Below, one piece after another: positions 35,097 through 43,242 of a stretch of DNA of 45,094 nt. Positions within the stretch are counted from its first letter, which is position 1; every line of letters begins with the position of its first letter. The DNA is from a virus (taxonomy: Duplodnaviria; Caudoviricetes): positions 1 through 45,094 of the IMG/VR virus record IMGVR_UViG_3300049982_000072. The stretch is one strand, 5' to 3'. Made by a program: the position numbers and the translations under genes. The notes beneath the pieces were generated by a model, which was not told the DNA's origin, did no database searches, and saw only the letters and a list, made by a program, of their open reading frames with translations.

Positions 35097-35293
35097 GCAG
35101 GCTGGAGCCGCGCCGCCCGACGCTGGAGGAGTTCGCCCAGTATCTGGAGACCGAGGCCGAGCGGCTACGGGACAACCGGTGGAAGATCCACGGCGGCACC
35201 CGTCACCGCTACGACCTCGACCACTGGGCGGACGCACTGAAGTGGGCTGCAAGAAAAGCCCGGACACAAGCCGGGGGGCAGTCCGAAACTTGA
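35093..35293 (+). CDS. Hypothetical protein
   Basis: Start MSRLEPRR; ATGA overlap. Confidence 0.6.
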   Translation: MSRLEPRRPTLEEFAQYLETEAERLRDNRWKIHGGTRHRYDLDHWADALKWAARKARTQAGGQSET

Positions 35294-35378
35294 GGTAGTA
35301 GCACCACTAACCGAGAGATGAGGCAGAGATGAGCAAGCGCGTTAAGGGTGTTGAGTGGACGTGTCGTAGGGGGCAGTC

Positions 35379-35843
35379 ATGGCGCGTCATGTAACGGCCG
35401 CCCCGTTGTGGCCGAAGGCCGAGCCTGACCCACGGCTGAATCTCGGCAAGCTCGCGCAACTGTCCCCGTCCACCACGGAACGCATCATCGGGGACATGAA
35501 AGCTGACCAGTCCGCCTACCTACAGCGAATTGATCAGGAGCGGTTCCACACCGTTCCGGCGGCAAGGCACAGCCGGAAGCCGACGACGGTCATCGGTCGG
35601 AACGGACACATGCACTTGGGCTTCCCCCAAGCCGGTCCGGCGGTCGCACAGGCGGCAGCTCCCGCGCCGGCACAGCCCGAACCGGTCATCACGCCCGCTG
35701 TGCGCCCGTCTGAGGACGTTCTAGCCGATGTACACCCGCTGGTCCGGGCCGACGTGCTGAGGCGCTGTGCGGGCGATCTGCGACGTGTGGAGGTTCGGAG
35801 CCCTACGCAGGTCATCGTCCACAACCGGCCATGCGCGGCGTGA
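35379..35843 (+). CDS. Hypothetical protein
   Basis: 154 aa with RBS; C-terminal GDLRRVEV.SP..VIVHN motif. Confidence 0.65.
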   Translation: MARHVTAAPLWPKAEPDPRLNLGKLAQLSPSTTERIIGDMKADQSAYLQRIDQERFHTVPAARHSRKPTTVIGRNGHMHLGFPQAGPAVAQAAAPAPAQPEPVITPAVRPSEDVLADVHPLVRADVLRRCAGDLRRVEVRSPTQVIVHNRPCAA

Positions 35844-36160
35844 GCGAATTCCGCGGTCGACTGTCGCGGTTGCTGGGGGACAAGACACACCCCCGGCACC
35901 GCGCGGCCGTCCCGCCCGCACTAGCCCTCGTACCGTCGCCGCCTCAGAGTCCCCGGTACGAGATCCACGTCAACGCCCTGATGCAGTTCTGGCGGGCTGA
36001 AGTTGATGACGAGATCGGCGGGTTCTGCGTGGTCGTAAACCGGGAGGGAACACCAGCCACGGGCAATCCGTCCTTGGGGAACTTTATGCACGAGCAGCAC
36101 GCACACCACATGGCCGACATTCACAACGACTGGTTAGCCCGGCAGGTGGGCCGCAAGTGA
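35840..36160 (+). CDS. Hypothetical protein
   Basis: DDEIGGFCVV...TP...GNF...A.H.A..HN motif; GTGA overlap. Confidence 0.65.
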   Translation: MSEFRGRLSRLLGDKTHPRHRAAVPPALALVPSPPQSPRYEIHVNALMQFWRAEVDDEIGGFCVVVNREGTPATGNPSLGNFMHEQHAHHMADIHNDWLARQVGRK

Positions 36161-36167
36161 GGAACCG

Positions 36168-36272
36168 ATGAGCGAGATCACATGGCCGGAGGTGGCACTA
36201 GCAGCGATCGTCTGCGCGGGCACCCTCGGTGGGCTCTTGATCGGCGCGTGGATCGGGCGGGGGCGGAAGTAG
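36168..36272 (+). CDS. Small single-TM peptide (34 aa, MSEITWPEVALAAIVCAGTLGGLLIGAWIGRGRK)
   Basis: Hand-translated; RBS GAGGA. Confidence 0.55.
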   Translation: MSEITWPEVALAAIVCAGTLGGLLIGAWIGRGRK

Positions 36273-36274
36273 CC

Positions 36275-36433
36275 GTGAAGCTCAGGAACCGGGTTCACGA
36301 TTGGTGGCACCTAGAGCGACCTGCGTTGGTGTGCCGCCTGTTCGGGCACGAGACGCGGACGATTGAACGGAAGTTCGGCGGCGAGATCCTGTGCGGGCGT
36401 TGCCGTGCGCAGATCGGGCGTTGGTCGCAATGA
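36275..36433 (+). CDS. Small Zn-binding hypothetical protein
   Basis: CRLFGH...CGRC pattern. Confidence 0.6.
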   Translation: MKLRNRVHDWWHLERPALVCRLFGHETRTIERKFGGEILCGRCRAQIGRWSQ

Positions 36434-36651
36434 GCGAGGTACGACCTCACCACGGCTGGGTAGTCCGCAAGGACGGCACCCGTACTGACGTGCGCTACGT
36501 CCCGACCGGCAACCCCGTAGTGTTCCTTGCCGTCAGCATCGATGGGGAGCCGATCGAGATCTACCTAGACGAATCACTCCGGGTTGACGTGATCGGCCCC
36601 GGCCAGAGCATCGAGGTCGCCGTTGTGCCGCGCAAGGGGCCTGACAGCTAG
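36430..36651 (+). CDS. Hypothetical protein
   Basis: Start MSEVRPHHG; ATGA overlap. Confidence 0.6.
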   Translation: MSEVRPHHGWVVRKDGTRTDVRYVPTGNPVVFLAVSIDGEPIEIYLDESLRVDVIGPGQSIEVAVVPRKGPDS

Positions 36652-36700
36652 ACCGCGTTGCGGGTCGTGCCTCTGCTAGGGCGCGAACCCAACGCACAGA

Positions 36701-36737
36701 ACCGCCCCACCCCCGGAAGCCGGGAAGGTGGGGCGGT
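36701..36737. terminator. Terminator between convergent accessory and lysis operons
   Basis: ACCGCCCCACC...GGTGGGGCGGT. Confidence 0.65.
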
Positions 36738-36773
36738 CTCTTGTGCTCCGCATGCGCTGCGGGCTTCAACGTA

Positions 36774-37151
36774 TCAGGCGGCGTCAGGCAGCCTGTCTGA
36801 GGTGAACGAGGGAGCGGGGAGCGGTGAGGTCTGCGTCCGTTGGAAGAACCCCACCACGACCGTGACGAGGGCAATGGCGGCGGCGGTGGTTGCCGTGGAC
36901 AGCTCGAGTCCATACCCGGCCACGAGCGCGAACACGGCGTTAGCGAGACCGACAATGACGGCAAGCATGGTGTTCGCGGTGACCCAGGCGATATAGACGC
37001 CGAACACGGCCGATACCACGGCCATGATGAGCCCGACCTTTTCGCCGGTCAGCCCGAATGCGGAGTTAGACACCGCCAGCGCCAACAGGGCTTGGATCAG
37101 TCCGGACCACGCGGCGGGCTCGCGTCCGAGGATGCGTCCGGCCCCGGTCAT
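36774..37151 (-). CDS. Holin
   Basis: Four hydrophobic segments; ILGREPA N-terminus and RTQTSP C-terminus; directly downstream of the endolysin. Confidence 0.85.
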   Translation of the reverse strand: MTGAGRILGREPAAWSGLIQALLALAVSNSAFGLTGEKVGLIMAVVSAVFGVYIAWVTANTMLAVIVGLANAVFALVAGYGLELSTATTAAAIALVTVVVGFFQRTQTSPLPAPSFTSDRLPDAA

Positions 37152-37753
37152 GACTTGTCGCGCTTGTCCAGGGCGGCGACCGTGGCATCGGCGGCGCGTT
37201 GTGCGTCGGCGCTGTCGGTCTGCTCCTCATGCAGGGTCACGTAGCGGGCGTAGGCCTGAATCCGCGGCTCCACCAGCTTGAGTACGGCGGCGGCGATCTT
37301 GTCAGCGTCTGCGTCGGTGATCACTTCGGGTACCTCCGTTGCTGCGGACGACTTGAACCAATGGGCCGTGCTGGTTTCAGCCGGCCGCGTCTTGCGGATG
37401 CTCACGTGAATGTGGTGGGTGTGTGGATTGATCCCCCGGTAGCCGGTCCACTTCCACTCGTGGGTGACCGAGGCGATACGCCGATTCCAGATGACGTACC
37501 AAACGCGCGGGTCCCCGATCAGAGCGTCTAGCAGCTCTGCTACGTCGATGCCCGCGGCGGTTACGTCGACGGCACGGACCACGCCACCGGCTGAGTAGTC
37601 GGGGTTGTGCTCGGATGCGCGGGCGGCGTGCGAGGCGTCACCGATCGAGCCGTCACTGTCCTTGCTGCGCGCCGGCCACCGGGCATCACACTCGTTGATG
37701 AGCGCAACGAGCGACGCGGCGAGGTGCCAACCGGTGCCCTTGGTGGCGACCAC
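37148..37753 (-). CDS. Endolysin, Zn peptidase (M15/LAS-like)
   Basis: WP.R...SDG.IGD..H..R.S.HNPD...VRA.D and Y.G.NPH..HIHVS motifs. Confidence 0.85.
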   Translation of the reverse strand: MVATKGTGWHLAASLVALINECDARWPARSKDSDGSIGDASHAARASEHNPDYSAGGVVRAVDVTAAGIDVAELLDALIGDPRVWYVIWNRRIASVTHEWKWTGYRGINPHTHHIHVSIRKTRPAETSTAHWFKSSAATEVPEVITDADADKIAAAVLKLVEPRIQAYARYVTLHEEQTDSADAQRAADATVAALDKRDKS

Positions 37754-37761
37754 GGCGCGGC

Positions 37762-37992
37762 CTAGTCCTCGTTGGGGGCGAACGTCAGTGTGTACGCCCG
37801 GCCCTGCTGAAAGTGCGCGGCAACCTCAGGCTTGACAGTCATGTTCAGGGAGAGGGTCGGTGTCGCCACCGCCCACGCCTTGTTGCGGCCGTCTGCGTAG
37901 TCCACGGCAAACCCCAAGTAGACCTGCTCGTACGGCGTTCCCTCGTTCTGAGTCTGCTTGGTGCTGACCATCACCTTGGCGGTTACGTCCAT
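37762..37992 (-). CDS. Conserved hypothetical protein
   Basis: DY.DGRNK.WA.ATP.LSL.MTV...VA..F..G..YTLTF motif. Confidence 0.7.
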   Translation of the reverse strand: MDVTAKVMVSTKQTQNEGTPYEQVYLGFAVDYADGRNKAWAVATPTLSLNMTVKPEVAAHFQQGRAYTLTFAPNED

Positions 37993-38014
37993 GAGAACTC
38001 GTATCTCCATCTGT

Positions 38015-38485
38015 CTAGCGGGTCCCGGTGGGCGTGGGGACGGGGGTTGTCGGCGCAACCGGCTTGGAGCAGTCGCGCGGGGCGAACACCTTCTGTATGT
38101 AGGTGCGGAACTGGGCGAGCCGTTCGGCTTGCGCGCGCGTCGGTGCCGGGTTCGCCTGTGCGGACACCGTCAGCACGTACGTCCACAGCTCGACCTGTGT
38201 TGCGCGGGTTTGGTTGCCTGCCTCACAGCTCAGCCGTGCTGCGTTCCTGTTGCTCTCGGCAAGGGTGTGCGCGGCGTCGGCGTTCTTGGCCGCGTTGTTG
38301 GCCTGGACCGCCACAAGCCCCACCAGTACGAGCGCAACGAGGCTGAGGCACAGTCCGGAAATGACCCACACCAACAGAGCACGGTCTCGGCGTTGCTTCC
38401 GGGCAAGGGCGGTGACGGAACCGCTCAGCCCCTCGACCTGGACGGACAATCGGGCGGCTTGCGTCGACAGGTCGGGATCGGTCAT
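38015..38485 (-). CDS. Membrane-anchored coiled-coil protein (lysis accessory)
   Basis: Single TM followed by a helical ectodomain with a Cys pair. Confidence 0.7.
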   Translation of the reverse strand: MTDPDLSTQAARLSVQVEGLSGSVTALARKQRRDRALLVWVISGLCLSLVALVLVGLVAVQANNAAKNADAAHTLAESNRNAARLSCEAGNQTRATQVELWTYVLTVSAQANPAPTRAQAERLAQFRTYIQKVFAPRDCSKPVAPTTPVPTPTGTR

Positions 38486-38640
38486 TGCTCGGTCTCCGGG
38501 TCCGCTTGTTCCGTGGTTGCCGCGCGCAACCGTTCGGTGAACTGCCGTAGGTTGATGACGGTCGCCTCAAGCGTGATCAGGAGATCCTGTGTCTCGCGGG
38601 TGAGGTCGGCCGGGGGCTCAGGTAGTCGGCGGCGATTCAT
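38482..38640 (-). CDS. Small coiled-coil hypothetical protein (52 aa)
   Basis: Hand-translated MNRRRLPEPPADLTRETQDLL...; ATGA overlap. Confidence 0.5.
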   Translation of the reverse strand: MNRRRLPEPPADLTRETQDLLITLEATVINLRQFTERLRAATTEQADPETEQ

Positions 38641-38788
38641 CGCGTGCCCCCGACGTGTGCGGCATCACCGCTTTGAGTTGTTCGATGTACGAATCGAGCT
38701 TGGCCACGGCGCTCAGCAGGTCGGACCGCAGTTGTTCGGACGTGACCAGCAACTCACGCGCCTTGGCCGGATTCCGATCGGGACTCAT
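38618..38788 (-). CDS. Small coiled-coil hypothetical protein (56 aa)
   Basis: Hand-translated MSPDRNPAKARELLVTSEQLRSDLL...; ATGA overlap. Confidence 0.55.
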   Translation of the reverse strand: MSPDRNPAKARELLVTSEQLRSDLLSAVAKLDSYIEQLKAVMPHTSGARDESPPTT

Positions 38789-39039
38789 CGGTTGCGGTCC
38801 TTCCGCTGTTCCTGATGCAGCGCCTCACTGATTGCCTGCGTCGCGTCATGCAGGATCGGCAGCATGCGGTCTTGGATCACCGCGTTCAGCCGGGACACTT
38901 CGGCTTCCATCCGGTCGGCCCGGTCCTTCTCGCGTTCATACGCGGCGGTCTCGCGTTGGAACAACACGCGGATGATGGCACCGGCGGCAACGACCATGAC
39001 GCCGAGAGCGCCGTACTGCAACAGCACATCACTAGGCAT
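38785..39039 (-). CDS. Membrane protein (holin-like/lysis accessory)
   Basis: LLQYGALG TM segment followed by a REKDRADR.E coiled coil. Confidence 0.7.
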   Translation of the reverse strand: MPSDVLLQYGALGVMVVAAGAIIRVLFQRETAAYEREKDRADRMEAEVSRLNAVIQDRMLPILHDATQAISEALHQEQRKDRNR

Positions 39040-39916
39040 GCCATAGGTTCGCGATGGTTGCGTTAGGCCCGAAGTTGTTCGCGAACTGAGACGACACTTG
39101 GTGATAGCCGACACCGAACGCGCCGGCCGCGGGGTTCCACGCCCGGTACGGCTTGACCACCTGATTGCGCAACCAGTCGCAGTAACGGGTGTAGTTGGAA
39201 CCGTAGTAGTTGAACCAGCTCAGCCCCGGCATGGACGCAACGTCGGCGGGGTACTGCCCGTCAGGTTGGGAAATCGCCCAGTACAGGCGGGACACGAAAA
39301 AGCGGGCGTTGACCAGCGCTTGCGCGTAGGTGATGTTTGCCCACGGCACCATGTTGGCGGTGTCGTCCTTCAACTCTCGCAGGGCGAACCCACACGCCGC
39401 GTGGTCGTGGTGGTCGTCGGTCTGGGACATGGTGAAGTGGAAGCTGTTCGGGTAGGCATCGACGTAAGACTTGATCACCACCTTGGCCGCTGCGATCCCC
39501 TCGGGGGTTACCGGTGCCGTGGACGATCCCTCGCCGGGCGCGCCGAAACCATCGTGCAAGGTCTCCACGTGGTGCGTGATCGAGCCGACAACGCCGGGAG
39601 TGACCGGCGGCACCATCGCCATAGATCCCAACGTGGACCGGGCCTCGAAGGTCCGCACCTGCCCGATCGTCTCCGCGGTGAACGGGGCGTACCCCTCACG
39701 GGTCGGGGAGTGGATGTAGGGGTGGTCCGGACTCGTGCACGCAAGCGCGGTGCCGTTGACCGACCCGTTGAGGGTGTTCGCGACACCGGCCGCGTCGCCG
39801 GGCGTCATCGACACCAAGTGCACCTCGGTGCCGTTGGCAAGGTAATGCAGGAACGCCAGGCCCATCGACAACAGTTCGTCGTCGGGGTGCGGGCTGTAGA
39901 AGAACACGCGCGTCAT
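39032..39916 (-). CDS. PIG-L/LmbE-family N-deacetylase
   Basis: SPHPDDE, MT.GD, R..EA and H.DH metal-binding/catalytic motifs. Confidence 0.88.
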   Translation of the reverse strand: MTRVFFYSPHPDDELLSMGLAFLHYLANGTEVHLVSMTPGDAAGVANTLNGSVNGTALACTSPDHPYIHSPTREGYAPFTAETIGQVRTFEARSTLGSMAMVPPVTPGVVGSITHHVETLHDGFGAPGEGSSTAPVTPEGIAAAKVVIKSYVDAYPNSFHFTMSQTDDHHDHAACGFALRELKDDTANMVPWANITYAQALVNARFFVSRLYWAISQPDGQYPADVASMPGLSWFNYYGSNYTRYCDWLRNQVVKPYRAWNPAAGAFGVGYHQVSSQFANNFGPNATIANLWHA

Positions 39917-39930
39917 GGGTTCATCTCCCG

Positions 39931-40161
39931 TCACGGGGTAATCGCCGAAACGCCGCTTTTGGCGACTTGGCCAGAAATGAACTCCCAGTCGGGATCCGCA
40001 TCCACGGCGGCAATGAACGACAACAGCGCGGCTGTGTCCGGGTCATTAGGCTCAGGAATCTGGACGATGAAATCCAAGGTGTTGCCAAGGCTGATGGTGT
40101 AGCGGAAGGTCATCTGCCATGGGGTAAACCCAAAAAAATTGAACGGCTCAATGGTGGCCAC
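39931..40161 (-). CDS. Small hypothetical tail-region protein
   Basis: GTG start with RBS GAGGGAG; between the hub and the deacetylase. Confidence 0.6.
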   Translation of the reverse strand: MATIEPFNFFGFTPWQMTFRYTISLGNTLDFIVQIPEPNDPDTAALLSFIAAVDADPDWEFISGQVAKSGVSAITP

Positions 40162-40174
40162 GTTGTGCACTCCC

Positions 40175-41830
40175 TCAGAAAGGAACGCGGATGTAGGGGT
40201 TCCTTCTGCGCTTTACGGTGGCGATAGCGCGGAATACGGACCACGGCAGCGTGTCCAGGTCGAGAGTGACCGAGTTGTCGCCGCTGTCGTAGTCGGTGTT
40301 GACGATCTGGCACACGGTCGAGCCGTTGCGCGGACTGTCGTTCAAGGTGTCGACCGATGGATTCAGGCCGACCACCCGCACGAGATAGCCGGGCTTGATC
40401 TGATACGGCGCGACCTTGCACCCGGTGAACAGGTCGACAATGTCGCGCTGCACCTTCACCGAGCCGCCGTTACGCGGGAATCGGTGATCAAGCAGCACGG
40501 TCGAATTCGCGTTGCTGGCATTGGCCGTGCTGCCGGTCACGTTGGACAGGTCCTGAAAGAATCTGCGGTGCCGGCCAACGGCGGTCATTTCCGGAATCGA
40601 CTGCGTGGAGGTCGTGAACCTCAGGTTGCCGATCGGTGTTCGCCACCGGGTGATGACTTGGTCATACTGCTCGGTGGCCTGCGCGCCGCCGGAGTGCTCA
40701 TCGGTCCACGTCAGCAGCTCGTAGCGCACGACTGTGGAGCGTTCCATCCACGTCAGCGTGTACTTGTCGTTCAGCGGATTCGACGGCCCCACCACGTAGG
40801 TACAGGACGGCTCGAACTTCATCAGCTCGTCCAACACCCCTTGCGGGGTAACGACGTCCGGGAACACCAAGTGCATGATGTTGACGCCCGCGCCGGCCGC
40901 AAGACTGGCGTTCGGCCCGTCGAACGTATCCGCCAGGATTTCGGGGTCGCCCAACAGATCCTCGATAACGTGGGTCGCCTTGACTGAGTCGTCGGTGTCG
41001 ACCCCGGCGCGGCGGGTGCCGTCCTTCAACCACAGATAGGCAACGACCGTGAGGTCCATGACCGATGCCCACGTGATATCGGTCGGACCGGTGTTGCTCG
41101 ATCCGCCCATCCAAATGAGTTGAAGAAATCCGTAGCTCGCGCCAGCCGTCCAAGACGGGCCGACATACGCGGCGGAGGTTCCGGAACCGGAAGTGCTGAC
41201 GGTTTGGGACCGGGCCACCGTCGATGGCGCGGACACAATCAGCCTGAGTAACCACCCGGTGCCGATCCCGGCATCCCACGAGTAATTGATCCGGCCCAAC
41301 GACTGACCGGCCTCAGCAATCCTCGAATAGATGCCCTCGGCCCGATAGTTGGTCTCAACGTGCGTCTCCGACGACAAACCCAGAAACAGTGCATCAGCCC
41401 CGGACCCGCCCCGGTCGGCACCCACCTCGACAGAGGCCGCGGAATGCGACGTGCCGGTGTTCTTCGGCCACGCGGTCAGGTCGGAATCGCAATAGATGCG
41501 CGGTCCTGACCAGTCGTTGAGCCGTTCAACGCCGCCATCTACCTGGACCTCAAGTAGCGCGCCGTCGTCAGAAACAGACCGGCCGGGGTGCGTCACGTCG
41601 CCTTCGAAAACCACCTCACCGGACCGCTGATCCAAAATGTAGATCCGCGAGTAGGGCATGATCAGATCGGTACGGAATCCGAGCCGCTGGCTCACCACGA
41701 AGGACGCGGCCTTGAAGCCGCCGGGGTCGGTCTTTTGGAACTTGACCCCGCCGTGCAGATAGCCGGTGATCATCTGATCCACGCGGGCATTGCTGACGCG
41801 CACCGCCAGCGGGACCGGTCCAGTGGTCAC
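40175..41830 (-). CDS. Minor tail protein (hub/Tal-like)
   Basis: 551 aa; PGGF..ASF, VVFEG.V..P and IKPG.LVRV motifs; second gene after the TMP. Confidence 0.75.
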   Translation of the reverse strand: MTTGPVPLAVRVSNARVDQMITGYLHGGVKFQKTDPGGFKAASFVVSQRLGFRTDLIMPYSRIYILDQRSGEVVFEGDVTHPGRSVSDDGALLEVQVDGGVERLNDWSGPRIYCDSDLTAWPKNTGTSHSAASVEVGADRGGSGADALFLGLSSETHVETNYRAEGIYSRIAEAGQSLGRINYSWDAGIGTGWLLRLIVSAPSTVARSQTVSTSGSGTSAAYVGPSWTAGASYGFLQLIWMGGSSNTGPTDITWASVMDLTVVAYLWLKDGTRRAGVDTDDSVKATHVIEDLLGDPEILADTFDGPNASLAAGAGVNIMHLVFPDVVTPQGVLDELMKFEPSCTYVVGPSNPLNDKYTLTWMERSTVVRYELLTWTDEHSGGAQATEQYDQVITRWRTPIGNLRFTTSTQSIPEMTAVGRHRRFFQDLSNVTGSTANASNANSTVLLDHRFPRNGGSVKVQRDIVDLFTGCKVAPYQIKPGYLVRVVGLNPSVDTLNDSPRNGSTVCQIVNTDYDSGDNSVTLDLDTLPWSVFRAIATVKRRRNPYIRVPF

Positions 41831-43242
41831 GGCCGCACCGCCTCACGCCACCGGGGCCAGTAGTAGCACTGAATCGTGGTCGTGTCGGTCCGCGCGTCCA
41901 CGGTGCCCGTGGGGTCAACATGCCTGAGGAAATGCACCCGGTTGGTGAGTCCCGGAATCAGTTCCGGGAACCCGCCGCCGCCCACGATTTGCGGTGGTGA
42001 GGCAATCGTCTGGACCGTGTCCAGGGCGGTGTTGATGCTGTAGACCGAGCCACCCTCGCGGGTGGTGCCGTCAATCGCGTACGTCACGTCCGTTGCCGGG
42101 AACCGGCTGATCAAGGTTCGGTCGTCGGCTGGCATGAAATACAACCAGTCCACGGCCACCGATCCCGACCCGGCGGTCCGCGCAACGTACAGGCCGACAA
42201 AACCCAACAGCACCTTGAGATCCGCGCCGCCCGCGTAGCCGTGGCTCACCGGGTCGGAGAACGGCGGCACCGGGACTTTGCCCAACTCGACCGTGTACGG
42301 CCCGGCCGCGCCGGCCGGTAGCGTCTTGGCGTCGTTCATGACCGGCGCGGTAGACGATGCGCCGTAGCCGAGCTGAACGGTAACGATGTCGGAGGCAACG
42401 GTCTTGGCGAACCGGCCATAGACGATGTACTCCCCGCGCGCCTCAGCCGTAGCGGTGCCGTTACCCGGAAACGTGTCGGACAGACGCAGGGTCAGTCCCG
42501 GCGTTCCGAATCCAATCAACGACTTACTGCCGTTGCTCATGGCCGCGTCGGCGGTCACCACAGCGCCCGTGCCCTGCGTCATGTCTTCGGCTTGGATCAG
42601 GTTGCTGTAGCCGGACGGCGTACCGCGACGGCGCATCCCGACATGGGTCCACTTGCTCACCAGCCCGGACGGCGCACCGCTCGCCCCGGTCGAGGTCGCC
42701 AGCATGAACAGCGGCGTCGGCACATCGCCGGTCACGCCGGTCACGTCGAAACGGCAGGGGTTCGTTCCGTTCGCCGGGTCGTTGGAGACCGTGAAGGACC
42801 CTGCGTTGACCCGCAGACCGTAGGCGAACGGTTCCGCCTCGAGCTCCAATGTGATCTGCGAGCTGTGCGTAAGCGTCTTTTTGACTTCCCACGCATACTC
42901 AGGATCCGCAAAGGTCCGGAAGAACACCGGCGTGGAGCCGAACTGAACCTTGAGAAAGTTGTCCACGGCAATCTGTTGACCCAGCAACTCAATCGCCGTG
43001 GCCGCAAGATCCCTCGTCGCGGTCGTGACCACGATCGGAATCGACAGAATCCGGTTACCCGCCACCGAGTTGACCGGCGTGGACCCGTCCCGCAACGAGC
43101 TCGCGGCGTAGCCCTTGAGGTACTTCGGCGGATCGAGGTTGTAGCCGTCCGCAACCATCAGACCGACCGTCTGACTGTTGATATCCAAACTCACGGTCGG
43201 AGTTGCGGTCAGGAAGTCGGTGACAAACTGCCAGATCGCCAT
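41827..43242 (-). CDS. Minor tail protein (Dit-like with inserted carbohydrate-binding-like domain)
   Basis: First gene after the TMP; LEAEPFAYG, GDVPTP, IQAE and YWPRW motifs. Confidence 0.75.
   Translation of the reverse strand: MAIWQFVTDFLTATPTVSLDINSQTVGLMVADGYNLDPPKYLKGYAASSLRDGSTPVNSVAGNRILSIPIVVTTATRDLAATAIELLGQQIAVDNFLKVQFGSTPVFFRTFADPEYAWEVKKTLTHSSQITLELEAEPFAYGLRVNAGSFTVSNDPANGTNPCRFDVTGVTGDVPTPLFMLATSTGASGAPSGLVSKWTHVGMRRRGTPSGYSNLIQAEDMTQGTGAVVTADAAMSNGSKSLIGFGTPGLTLRLSDTFPGNGTATAEARGEYIVYGRFAKTVASDIVTVQLGYGASSTAPVMNDAKTLPAGAAGPYTVELGKVPVPPFSDPVSHGYAGGADLKVLLGFVGLYVARTAGSGSVAVDWLYFMPADDRTLISRFPATDVTYAIDGTTREGGSVYSINTALDTVQTIASPPQIVGGGGFPELIPGLTNRVHFLRHVDPTGTVDARTDTTTIQCYYWPRWREAVRP

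Noticed and set aside
40132-40138. T7 run (minus strand) as a slippery site in the small tail-region ORF
   Set aside because: The -1 frame stops at a TGA after fewer than 30 codons and gives no fusion to the deacetylase
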